Assembly: GCA_044222065.1 (NCBI GenBank)
Contig: JBGAOA010000046.1
Coordinates: 1-33,742 of the forward strand
Source of the DNA: Candidatus Eiseniibacteriota bacterium
GTDB lineage: Bacteria > Eisenbacteria > RBG-16-71-46
Direction: 5' to 3'
DNA: 33,742 bases
The position numbers were made by a program, and so were the translations under genes. Under the pieces are notes generated by a model. It made no database searches and was not told the origin of the DNA. It saw nothing but the letters and a program-made list of their open reading frames with translations. Position 1 is the stretch's first letter. Each line of letters starts with the position of its first letter. This document shows, one piece after another, positions 9,397-16,726 of the stretch.

Positions 9397-10159
9397 ACCG
9401 GCGGCCGCGGGCGCGGAACTCGCGCACCGCGGCGGCGTCCGGGAACGAGAAGTAGCTCGCGCGCGACAGGTCCATCGGCACACGCGGGGCGTCGCCGCGC
9501 TCGATGAGCTCGATCGCCTCGACGAGCAGGTGCATGCCGAATCCCACCTTCGAGCGCGCGACGAGCGAGTGAACGGTGTCGTCCGGTTCGATCGCGACGC
9601 GTTTCTGCAGAAGCACGTCGCCACGGTCCAGCCCCTCGTCCATCCAGTGCACCGTGACGCCGGTCTCGCGCTCGCCCTTCGCGAGCACCCAGAACGAGGG
9701 CAGCATGCCCTGATAGCCCGGCAGCAGCGCGCCGTGCAGGTTGATGCAGCCGAGTCGGGGCAGCGCGAGCAGTTCGGACTTGAGGCGCTGCGGGCACGCG
9801 ATCGAGACGATCAGGTCCACGCCGCGCTCGCGGAGCCGTGCGAGGAACGCCGCATCGTTGACGTTCGGCACGTCCTCGGCCGGGACGCGCGCGCGCCGCG
9901 CGGCGCCGCGAACCGACCAGCTCTGCGGCATCGGTACGACGCGGCTCGCGAAATCGAGAGCGCGGTGGCGGACGAGGTTCAGCGACTGGAGCGCGAAGTC
10001 GCGCGGTCCCATGAGGCGCAGGTAACGCCCGACGCGGCCGGGCTGCAGTTCGCCCGGGACGATGCCGACGCCCGCGACGTCGCGCCGCCGCGCGAGCAGG
10101 TGGTCGAGCACGCGCGGGATGTAGAACGCGTCTTCCTGGGTGAGAACGTAGGGGCGCAT
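9389..10159 (-). CDS. N10-formyl-THF-dependent formyltransferase (Fmt-like, likely sugar/polysaccharide N-formyltransferase)
   Basis: INLHGALLPGYQG and GVTVHWMDEGLDRGD retain the Asn/His/Asp triad. It lacks the C-terminal tRNA-binding domain of true Fmt (256 aa). Confidence 0.85.
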   Translation of the reverse strand: MRPYVLTQEDAFYIPRVLDHLLARRRDVAGVGIVPGELQPGRVGRYLRLMGPRDFALQSLNLVRHRALDFASRVVPMPQSWSVRGAARRARVPAEDVPNVNDAAFLARLRERGVDLIVSIACPQRLKSELLALPRLGCINLHGALLPGYQGMLPSFWVLAKGERETGVTVHWMDEGLDRGDVLLQKRVAIEPDDTVHSLVARSKVGFGMHLLVEAIELIERGDAPRVPMDLSRASYFSFPDAAAVREFRARGRRFI

Positions 10160-10163
10160 CGGA

Positions 10164-11048
10164 TCAGTCGGCGCCGATCTCGGCGCCGAACACCTCGCCG
10201 AGCGTCGAGAAGCGGAAGTCCGCGAGCAGCCGCCGGGTCTTGCCGCGGGTCGTCGCGAGATTGTGGTAGTGCGTGAACTTCGGGAACGCCCGCGGCATCG
10301 GCACGTCGGGCTGTCCGGTGTCGTACTCCCACGGGTGCACGTAGAACACGAGCGGCGCGTGCTCCGAGGCGTGAAGGCGGCGCACCATCGCGCGCGTCGC
10401 GGCGTAGGGGTAGAGCCGGAAGTACCCGCCGCCTCCGAGCGGCAGGTTCACGCCGCGCGCGGCTCGCGCTCCGGGCCAGCGGAGCGTGCTCAACGGGATC
10501 TCGAACAGCCGCGCGCCCGAGGGCGTCGTGATCCAGCCGGCCTCACGGCCCGCCCCCGGGATGCCGTAGCGGTAGTTGAGCGTGGGGAAGATGCTCGAGT
10601 CGTAGCGGAAGCCCTCCTCGACGAGCACGTCGAGCGCCCACAGGGACTCGCTCGTGATCGAGAAGAACGGCGCGCGAAAGCCGGTCACGGGCTGGCCCGA
10701 CAACTCGCGCAGGAGCGCGCGCGAGCGGCGCAACTCGTCGCGGAAAGCGTCGGGCGTGAGCCGGTAGACGAAGCGGTGCGACCAGCCGTGCGAGCCGATC
10801 TCGTGTCCCGCGCGCGCGAGGCGGCGCACGACGTCCGGCGTGCGCTCGGCCTGCCAGCCGAGCACGAAGAACGTCGCGCGCACGCCGGCCTCCTCGAGCA
10901 GTTCGAGCAGCGGATCGAGCCCGTGCGAGAGGCGTGGCGCGTACGGGCCCCAGTCGTCCATGTCGATCTCGAGTCCCTGGTACCAGTCTTCGAGGTCCAC
11001 GGAGAACGCGTTGAGGGGTGCTGCGGCCGAACGATCGATCGTGCGCAT
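10164..11048 (-). CDS. Polysaccharide deacetylase (CE4/NodB plus DUF3473, PEP-CTERM/EPS-locus type)
   Basis: FSVDLEDWYQ, ATFFVLGW.AE, GHEIGSHG.SH, GFRAP.FSI, YDSSIFP, P.GGGGYFRL.PY, FY.HPWE.D. ATG 11048 is preferred because the TTG at 11084 is part of a -35 box. Confidence 0.9.
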   Translation of the reverse strand: MRTIDRSAAAPLNAFSVDLEDWYQGLEIDMDDWGPYAPRLSHGLDPLLELLEEAGVRATFFVLGWQAERTPDVVRRLARAGHEIGSHGWSHRFVYRLTPDAFRDELRRSRALLRELSGQPVTGFRAPFFSITSESLWALDVLVEEGFRYDSSIFPTLNYRYGIPGAGREAGWITTPSGARLFEIPLSTLRWPGARAARGVNLPLGGGGYFRLYPYAATRAMVRRLHASEHAPLVFYVHPWEYDTGQPDVPMPRAFPKFTHYHNLATTRGKTRRLLADFRFSTLGEVFGAEIGAD

Positions 11049-11055
11049 GTCTCGC

Positions 11056-11084
11056 ACCGTGCCAGCGGCCTTCGAGAGGGTCAA
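11056..11084 (-). promoter_or_regulatory. Sigma70-type promoter, leaderless geometry, for the deacetylase-formyltransferase pair
   Basis: Minus strand reads TTGACC-N17-CACGGT (preceded by TGG, an extended -10), then 7 nt, then ATG 11048. Confidence 0.55.
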
Positions 11085-11098
11085 GCGTCGCGCGCTCG

Positions 11099-11127
11099 TT
11101 GACCCCTCGTCGGGGAACCCCTACTTT
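11099..11127 (+). promoter_or_regulatory. Sigma70-type promoter for gmd-rmd
   Basis: TTGACC(11099-11104)-N17-TACTTT(11122-11127). A GAGGG RBS precedes ATG 11169. Confidence 0.65.
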
Positions 11128-11168
11128 TCGCGCGCTCTGAACGATTCTTCCATCGAAACGAGGGCACC

Positions 11169-12122
11169 ATGCGTCGCGTACTCGTCACCGGCGTCACCGG
11201 ATTCGCCGGCAGCCATCTCGTGGACTACATGCTCGAGCGCGGGGACTGCGAGATCTACGGCATCCAGCGCTGGCGGAGCCGCACCGAGAACATCGAGCAC
11301 TTCGCCGACAAGATCACGATCCTCGAGTGCGACCTGCGCGACGCCACGTCCACGCGCGACACGCTCGAAAAGGTGCGCCCGGAGTGGATCTTCCACCTCG
11401 CCGCGCAGTCGTTCGTGCCGACGTCGTGGATCGCGCCGACCGAGTCGCTCACGACGAACGTGCTCGCCCAGGTCAACATCTTCGAGGCCGTGCGCCACAT
11501 GAAGCTCAACTGCCGGATCCAGCTCGCGTGCTCGAGCGAGGAGTACGGCATGGTGCTGGCCGACGAGGTGCCGATCCAGGAGACGAACCCGCTGCGCCCG
11601 CTCTCGCCCTACGCGGTGAGCAAGGTCGCGCAGGACATGCTCGGCTACCAGTACTGGATGTCGTTCAAGGTGGACAGCGTGCGCACGCGCGGCTTCAACC
11701 ACGAGGGTCCGCGACGGGGTCCGGTGTTCGTCGCGAGCGACTTCGCGAAGCAGATCGCCGACATCGAGAAGGGGCGCAAGGCGCCGGTGCTGTCGGTCGG
11801 GAATCTCGACGCGAAGCGCGACTTCACCGACGTGCGCGACATGGTGAAGGCCTACTGGCTCGCGCTCGAGAAGGGCGAGCCCGGCGAGGTCTACAACATC
11901 TGCCGCGGCCAGTGCTGGACGATCCGCGAGACGCTCGACATGCTGCTCGGCATGACGAAGGCGAAGATCGACGTGCGCCAGGATCCGGCGCGCCTGCGCC
12001 CGAGCGACGTGCAGATCCTGCTCGGAGACAACTCGAAGTTCTGCGCGCGCACGGGCTGGAAGCCGACGATTCCGTTCGAGCAGACGCTGCGCGACATGCT
12101 CGAGTACTGGCGCGCGCGCTGA
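11169..12122 (+). CDS. gmd: GDP-mannose 4,6-dehydratase (short, Rmd-like scaffold)
   Basis: Extended SDR: TGVTGFAG, HLAAQSFV, SSEEYG, SPYAVSK. Gmd-type motifs FNHEGPRRG and GNLDAKRD. Confidence 0.75.
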   Translation: MRRVLVTGVTGFAGSHLVDYMLERGDCEIYGIQRWRSRTENIEHFADKITILECDLRDATSTRDTLEKVRPEWIFHLAAQSFVPTSWIAPTESLTTNVLAQVNIFEAVRHMKLNCRIQLACSSEEYGMVLADEVPIQETNPLRPLSPYAVSKVAQDMLGYQYWMSFKVDSVRTRGFNHEGPRRGPVFVASDFAKQIADIEKGRKAPVLSVGNLDAKRDFTDVRDMVKAYWLALEKGEPGEVYNICRGQCWTIRETLDMLLGMTKAKIDVRQDPARLRPSDVQILLGDNSKFCARTGWKPTIPFEQTLRDMLEYWRAR

Positions 12123-12135
12123 CGCTCGTGCGGCC

Positions 12136-13080
12136 GTGACGCTCGAGCGCGTCTTCGTCACCGGCGCCGGCGGCTTCGTCGGCGCGCACCTCGCCCGCGC
12201 GCTCGCCGCGCGCGGCGCTTCTACGAGCGGCTGCGGACTCGAGGCGGGTCCGCGCGAAGCGGTGTTCGACCGCTGGCGCACGCTCGATGTCTCGAACGCC
12301 GGCGCGCTCGCGGACGCGCTCGCCGACGCGCGGCCCGACGCGGTCGTCCACCTCGCGGGACAGAGCAGCGCCGCGCGCTCGTTCGCCGATCCGCAGGGCA
12401 CGTTCCGCGCGAACGTGCTCGGCACCTGGGGCGTGCTCGAGGCCGTGCGCGCCGCGGCGCCGAAAGCGCGCGTGCTCGTCGTCGGCAGCGGCGAGGTGTA
12501 CGGGCCGCAAGATCCCGACACGCGCGCCGCCGAGGACTCGGCGTTCCGGCCCGTGAGCCCGTACGCGCTGTCGAAGGCGGTCGCGGACGAACTCGCGTGC
12601 GAGTACGCGCGCCATCACGGGCTCGACGTCGTGCGCACGCGCTCGTTCGGACACACGGGCCCCGGTCAGGCGCCGACGTTCGTGATTCCGAGCTTCGCCC
12701 AGCAGATCGCCGCGATCGAACGCGGCGGATGCGAACCGGTGCTCAAGGTCGGCAACCTCGACGTCGTGCGCGATCTCTCGGACGTGCGCGACGTCGTCGC
12801 GGCGTACGTCGCGCTGCTCGAGCGCGGCCGCGCGGGCGAGGCCTACAACGTCGGCGCCGGGCGCGGCGTGAAGCTGTCGGACGCGGTCGCATCGCTCGCC
12901 GCGCTCGCGCGCGTCGCCGTGCGCGTCGAGGTGGACTCGGAGCGCTTCCGCCCGGCGGACGTGCCGTACCTCGTCGGCGACACCTCGAAGCTCGAGCGCG
13001 AAACGGGCTGGCGCGCGACGCACCGCACCGACGACACGCTGCGCGACGTGCTCGAGGAGTGGCGCGGGCGAGCGACGTGA
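12136..13080 (+). CDS. rmd: GDP-4-keto-6-deoxy-D-mannose reductase-like SDR (GDP-D-rhamnose synthesis)
   Basis: TGAGGFVG, HLAGQSS, GSGEVYG, SPYALSK. Rmd-type F.H.GPGQ..F.I.SFA.QIA.IE and VGNL.V.RD..DVRD. Lies directly after the gmd-like gene. Confidence 0.7.
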   Translation: MTLERVFVTGAGGFVGAHLARALAARGASTSGCGLEAGPREAVFDRWRTLDVSNAGALADALADARPDAVVHLAGQSSAARSFADPQGTFRANVLGTWGVLEAVRAAAPKARVLVVGSGEVYGPQDPDTRAAEDSAFRPVSPYALSKAVADELACEYARHHGLDVVRTRSFGHTGPGQAPTFVIPSFAQQIAAIERGGCEPVLKVGNLDVVRDLSDVRDVVAAYVALLERGRAGEAYNVGAGRGVKLSDAVASLAALARVAVRVEVDSERFRPADVPYLVGDTSKLERETGWRATHRTDDTLRDVLEEWRGRAT

Positions 13081-13087
13081 GGCGCCG

Positions 13088-13537
13088 CTACTCGAACCGG
13101 TAGGGCGTGACGTCCGCCGGATCGAACGCCGCGCCGCTCGTCTCGATCGCCTGCGTGTACTCGAGCGCCTCGTAGCCGTGCGCGATTCCCGTCGCGACGC
13201 GCACGAGATCGCCGGCCGCGAGTTCGAGCCCGACCTGCTCGCGCGTTTCGGGATCGGCGAAGCGCGCGCGCAGCCGGCCCGTCACGACGTACAGCGCCTC
13301 GCTCTTCTTCGCGTGGAAGTGGTTCCCGCGCGAGAGACCCGGCTCGTGCCTGAACTCGAGGTAGGCGACGAAGCGCACGTCCTCGCCGTTCGAGACCTGC
13401 GCGAACTCGCCCGCCGGCATCCGGATGCGCCCGCCCGTCGTGATCGGCGTCTTCGGCGCCCCGTCCACGACCGGCAGCCGCCGCACCGTGACGCGCCCGC
13501 CGAGGAACCCGCGCGTGTCGAGCCCGGGATCGCTCAC
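13088..13537 (-). CDS. Cupin protein, WxcM/FdtA-like (possible dTDP-sugar 3,4-ketoisomerase)
   Basis: GTG 13537 overlaps the rmlC stop (GTGA). Cupin motifs RGNHFH.K.E.LYV..G and GD.V.V..G.AHG. 149 aa. Confidence 0.65.
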   Translation of the reverse strand: MSDPGLDTRGFLGGRVTVRRLPVVDGAPKTPITTGGRIRMPAGEFAQVSNGEDVRFVAYLEFRHEPGLSRGNHFHAKKSEALYVVTGRLRARFADPETREQVGLELAAGDLVRVATGIAHGYEALEYTQAIETSGAAFDPADVTPYRFE

Positions 13538-14058
13538 CCGTTCCTCGGCTCCCAGACGTGCTCGAGCACGCAGTTCCACGTGAACTTGAATTCGTCCGCC
13601 GGGTCGTAGACGTGGCTCTGGAAGTTCACGACCAGCACCTCGGGCGGCGTCAGCGCTTTCCAGCCGTGCATCACCCCGGGCGGGATCTTCATGAGCCGCG
13701 GCTTCAGCGTGCCGAGGAACACGCTGTTCACGTGTCGGAACGTCTTCGAGTCCTCGCGCAGGTCCACGAGCACGACCTGGAGCTTGCCGCGCGAGACGGT
13801 GAACTGGTCCGTGTGCACCGCGTGCAGGTGCCAGCACTTCACCACGCCGTGGTCGGTCGCGCTCTGGTAGGCGTGCTCGGCGCGCACGAAGCCGTCCTTC
13901 ATCCACGGCGCGCTCCACAGTTCGGTCACGTCGCCGCGCCCGTCCACGTGCGCCGTCAGCTCGCGGATCTGTACGCCTTCGACCGTGACCTTGCCCGCCG
14001 GCTGCACCTCGTAGGCGAGGCCCTTCAGCCACTGCTCGGTGACGTCCTTCGGGTGCAT
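13534..14058 (-). CDS. rmlC: dTDP-4-dehydrorhamnose 3,5-epimerase family cupin
   Basis: AAAGGAAGG RBS before ATG 14058. VEGV.I.EL..H.D.RG...E, GVVK.WHLH, G...VVLVDLR.DS.TF, IPPGV.HGW, YDP.DE. Confidence 0.8.
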   Translation of the reverse strand: MHPKDVTEQWLKGLAYEVQPAGKVTVEGVQIRELTAHVDGRGDVTELWSAPWMKDGFVRAEHAYQSATDHGVVKCWHLHAVHTDQFTVSRGKLQVVLVDLREDSKTFRHVNSVFLGTLKPRLMKIPPGVMHGWKALTPPEVLVVNFQSHVYDPADEFKFTWNCVLEHVWEPRNG

Positions 14059-14201
14059 GACCCTTCCTTTCGGTGGCGATCGGAGCGCGAGCCGCCGCGT
14101 CCGCGGCGCCGTTCGCGAGCCCGCGTTTCTTAGCAGGTCGCGCGTCCCGGAAGCAACCGGCGTGCGTTCGTTTCGCGCGCGCGCGCGCACGCCGCCGTAC
14201 G

Positions 14202-14231
14202 TTGACCCGGACGCGGGCGACCGCCTACCCT
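14202..14231 (+). promoter_or_regulatory. Sigma70-type promoter for the ugd operon
   Basis: TTGACC(14202-14207)-N18-TACCCT(14226-14231). An AAAGGA RBS precedes GTG 14308. A weaker divergent TTGCTT-N18-TAAGAA lies on the minus strand at 14127-14156. Confidence 0.5.
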
Positions 14232-14307
14232 CCCGCGTCCTCACCCGGCACTCTCCGCCCGGGCGCCTCCCGCGCCCGGCTCGTCGCACCGCAGCGAAAG
14301 GAACCCC

Positions 14308-15657
14308 GTGTACACCATCACCGTCGTCGGCACCGGCTACGTCGGTCTCGTGACCGGCGCCTGCCTCGCGGATTTCGGGAACAAAGTGGTGTGCGTCGAC
14401 AGCGACGCGAGCAAGGTCGAGCGGCTCCGCCGCGGCATCCTGCCGTTCTTCGAGCCCGGCCTGCCCGAAATCGTGGCCCGCAACGTCAACGAAGGGCGCC
14501 TGACGTTCGCGAGCGACCTCGTCGAGGCGCTGAAGGGCGCGAAGGTCGTGTTCATCACGGTCGGAACGCCGCCCCGCGCCGACGGCTCGGCCGACACGAG
14601 CGCGATCTACGCCGTGGCGAAGACCGTGGCGCAGAACCTCGACGGCTACCAGCTCGTCGTGCAGAAGAGCACGGCCCCGGTCGGCACCGCGCGCGACCTG
14701 TACCGCTGGATGAAGAAGTTCACGAAGCGGAGCGCCGAGTTCGACGTCGCCTCGAACCCCGAGTTCCTGCGCGAGGGCTCGGCGATCGAGACCTTCATGC
14801 GCCCCGACCGCGTCGTGATCGGCGCCGAGTCGAAGAAGGCCGCCGACATCCTCAAGAAGATCCACGACCCGCTGTTCCTGATCGAGACGCCGATGGTCGT
14901 CACCGGCCTCGAGACCGCGGAGCTCATCAAGTACGCGTCCAATTGCTTCCTCGCGACGAAGATCTCGTTCATCAACGAGATCGCGAACGTGTGCGAAGCG
15001 CTCGGCGCCGACGTGCAGACGGTCGCGAAGGGCATCGGCATGGACCGCCGCATCGGCTCCAAGTTCCTGCACTCGGGGCCCGGCTACGGCGGGAGCTGCT
15101 TCCCGAAGGACACGCACGCGCTCAGCGCGTTCGCGCGCGCGGCCGGCGAGAAGGTCGGCATCGTGGACGCGACGATCGAGGCGAACGAGCGCCAGATGCA
15201 GCGCATGGTCGCGAAGATCTGCGATGCGATCGGCGCGCCGCGCGGCAAGACGGTCGGCGTGCTCGGGCTCGCGTTCAAGCCCAACACCGACGACCTGCGC
15301 GCGGCCCCGGCGCTCACGATCATCGCGGGCTTGAAGAAGCGCGGCGTGAAGGTGCGCACATTCGATCCCGTTTCCATGGACGGCGCGAAGCGCCTCCCCG
15401 GCCTCAAGAACGTCACGTTCGCCGAGGACGCCTACGACGCCGCGAAGGGCGCGCACGCGCTCGCGATCGTGACCGAGTGGAACGAGTTCCGGAACATGGA
15501 CCTGAAGCGGCTCAAGCGGATCATGAAGAAGCCCGTGCTGTGCGACCTGCGCAATCTGTACGACCCGAACGAGGTCGAGAGCGCGGGCTGGGTGCACGTC
15601 GGCGTCGGCCGCGGCCGGCCCGAGATCGCGCCCAGGAAGAAGACCCGGCGCCGCTGA
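14308..15657 (+). CDS. ugd: UDP-glucose 6-dehydrogenase
   Basis: VGTGYVGL, PFFEPGL, VGTP, KST.PVGT, SNPEFLREG.A, AELIKYASN.FLA.KISFINE, GYGGSCFPKD (catalytic Cys), GLAFKPNTDD.R, TEW.EF, D.RN.Y. Confidence 0.95.
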   Translation: MYTITVVGTGYVGLVTGACLADFGNKVVCVDSDASKVERLRRGILPFFEPGLPEIVARNVNEGRLTFASDLVEALKGAKVVFITVGTPPRADGSADTSAIYAVAKTVAQNLDGYQLVVQKSTAPVGTARDLYRWMKKFTKRSAEFDVASNPEFLREGSAIETFMRPDRVVIGAESKKAADILKKIHDPLFLIETPMVVTGLETAELIKYASNCFLATKISFINEIANVCEALGADVQTVAKGIGMDRRIGSKFLHSGPGYGGSCFPKDTHALSAFARAAGEKVGIVDATIEANERQMQRMVAKICDAIGAPRGKTVGVLGLAFKPNTDDLRAAPALTIIAGLKKRGVKVRTFDPVSMDGAKRLPGLKNVTFAEDAYDAAKGAHALAIVTEWNEFRNMDLKRLKRIMKKPVLCDLRNLYDPNEVESAGWVHVGVGRGRPEIAPRKKTRRR

Positions 15658-15673
15658 GGATCCGGCCCCTTTC

Positions 15674-16726
15674 ATGACCGCTCCACTCTCGCTCGACGGC
15701 GCCCGCGTGCTCGTGACGGGCGGAGCCGGGTTCATCGGCTCCAACTTCGTCCATCACTTGCTGCGTCGTGCGCCCTCGGCGCACGTCGTGGTGCTGGACG
15801 CGCTCACGTACGCGGGCCGTCGCGAGAACCTGGACGGCGTGCCGGAACGCGCGCTGACGTTCGTGCACGGCGACATCCGCGACCCCGAGGCCGTGAAGCG
15901 CGCGATGGCGGGCTGCGACTTCGTCGTGAACTTCGCGGCGGAGTCGCACGTGGACCGCTCGATCGAAACGCCGGGCGACTTCATCCAGACCGACGTCTAC
16001 GGCGTGTTCGTGCTCGCCGAGGAGGCGCGGCGCGCGGGCGTGAAGCGCTTCGTCCAGGTCTCGACCGACGAGGTGTACGGCGAAGTGCTCGAGGGGCACT
16101 CGACCGAGGACTGGCCGCTGAACCCGCGCTCGCCGTACGCGGCGTCCAAGGCCGGCGGCGACCGGCTCGCGTACGCGTACTGGGCGACGTACGGCCTGCC
16201 GGTCGTCGTGACGCGCTGCTCGAACAACTACGGGCCGCGCCAGTACCCCGAGAAGCTCGTGCCGCTGTTCGTGACGAACGCGCTGTGCGACGAACCGCTG
16301 CCGGTGTACGGCACGGGGCTCAACACGCGCGACTGGCTTCACGTCGAGGACCACTGCGCGGCGCTGTTCACGCTGCTCGCGCACGGAGGCGTCGAGGGAG
16401 AGACGTTCAACATCGGCGCGCAGCACGAGCTGACGGTGCTCGAGATCACGGACACGCTCCTCGATCTGCTCGGCAAGCCGCGCACGCTGATCCGCCACGT
16501 CGAGGACCGGCCGGGCCACGACCGGCGCTACGCCGTGGACTCGGGCAAGATCACGCGCGTCACCGGCTGGCGGCCCGCGATCCTGTTCGAGGACGGCATC
16601 CGCCAGACGGTCGAGTGGTTCCGCGCGAACGAGGCGTGGTGGCGCGCGATCAAGAGCGGCGAGTTCCGGGCCTACTACGAACGCATGTACGGACAACGGA
16701 AGGTGCTCAAGGAGGTGAAGGCGTGA
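15674..16726 (+). CDS. rmlB: dTDP-glucose 4,6-dehydratase
   Basis: VTGGAGFIGSNF, D.LTYAG..ENL, NFAAESHVDRSI, VSTDEVYG, SPYAASK, RCSNNYGP.QYPEKL.P, RDWLHVEDH, DRPGHDRRYA. Confidence 0.96.
   Translation: MTAPLSLDGARVLVTGGAGFIGSNFVHHLLRRAPSAHVVVLDALTYAGRRENLDGVPERALTFVHGDIRDPEAVKRAMAGCDFVVNFAAESHVDRSIETPGDFIQTDVYGVFVLAEEARRAGVKRFVQVSTDEVYGEVLEGHSTEDWPLNPRSPYAASKAGGDRLAYAYWATYGLPVVVTRCSNNYGPRQYPEKLVPLFVTNALCDEPLPVYGTGLNTRDWLHVEDHCAALFTLLAHGGVEGETFNIGAQHELTVLEITDTLLDLLGKPRTLIRHVEDRPGHDRRYAVDSGKITRVTGWRPAILFEDGIRQTVEWFRANEAWWRAIKSGEFRAYYERMYGQRKVLKEVKA

Noticed and set aside
9389..10159. Housekeeping methionyl-tRNA formyltransferase (fmt)
   Set aside because: It is too short, lacks the C-terminal domain and the N-terminal FMGTP motif, and sits in a polysaccharide locus with no def gene.
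13534..15744. 736-aa minus-strand ORF suggesting a large RmlC fusion
   Set aside because: Only the last 174 aa (from ATG 14058, with an RBS) are RmlC-like. The rest is the antisense shadow of ugd and the promoter region.
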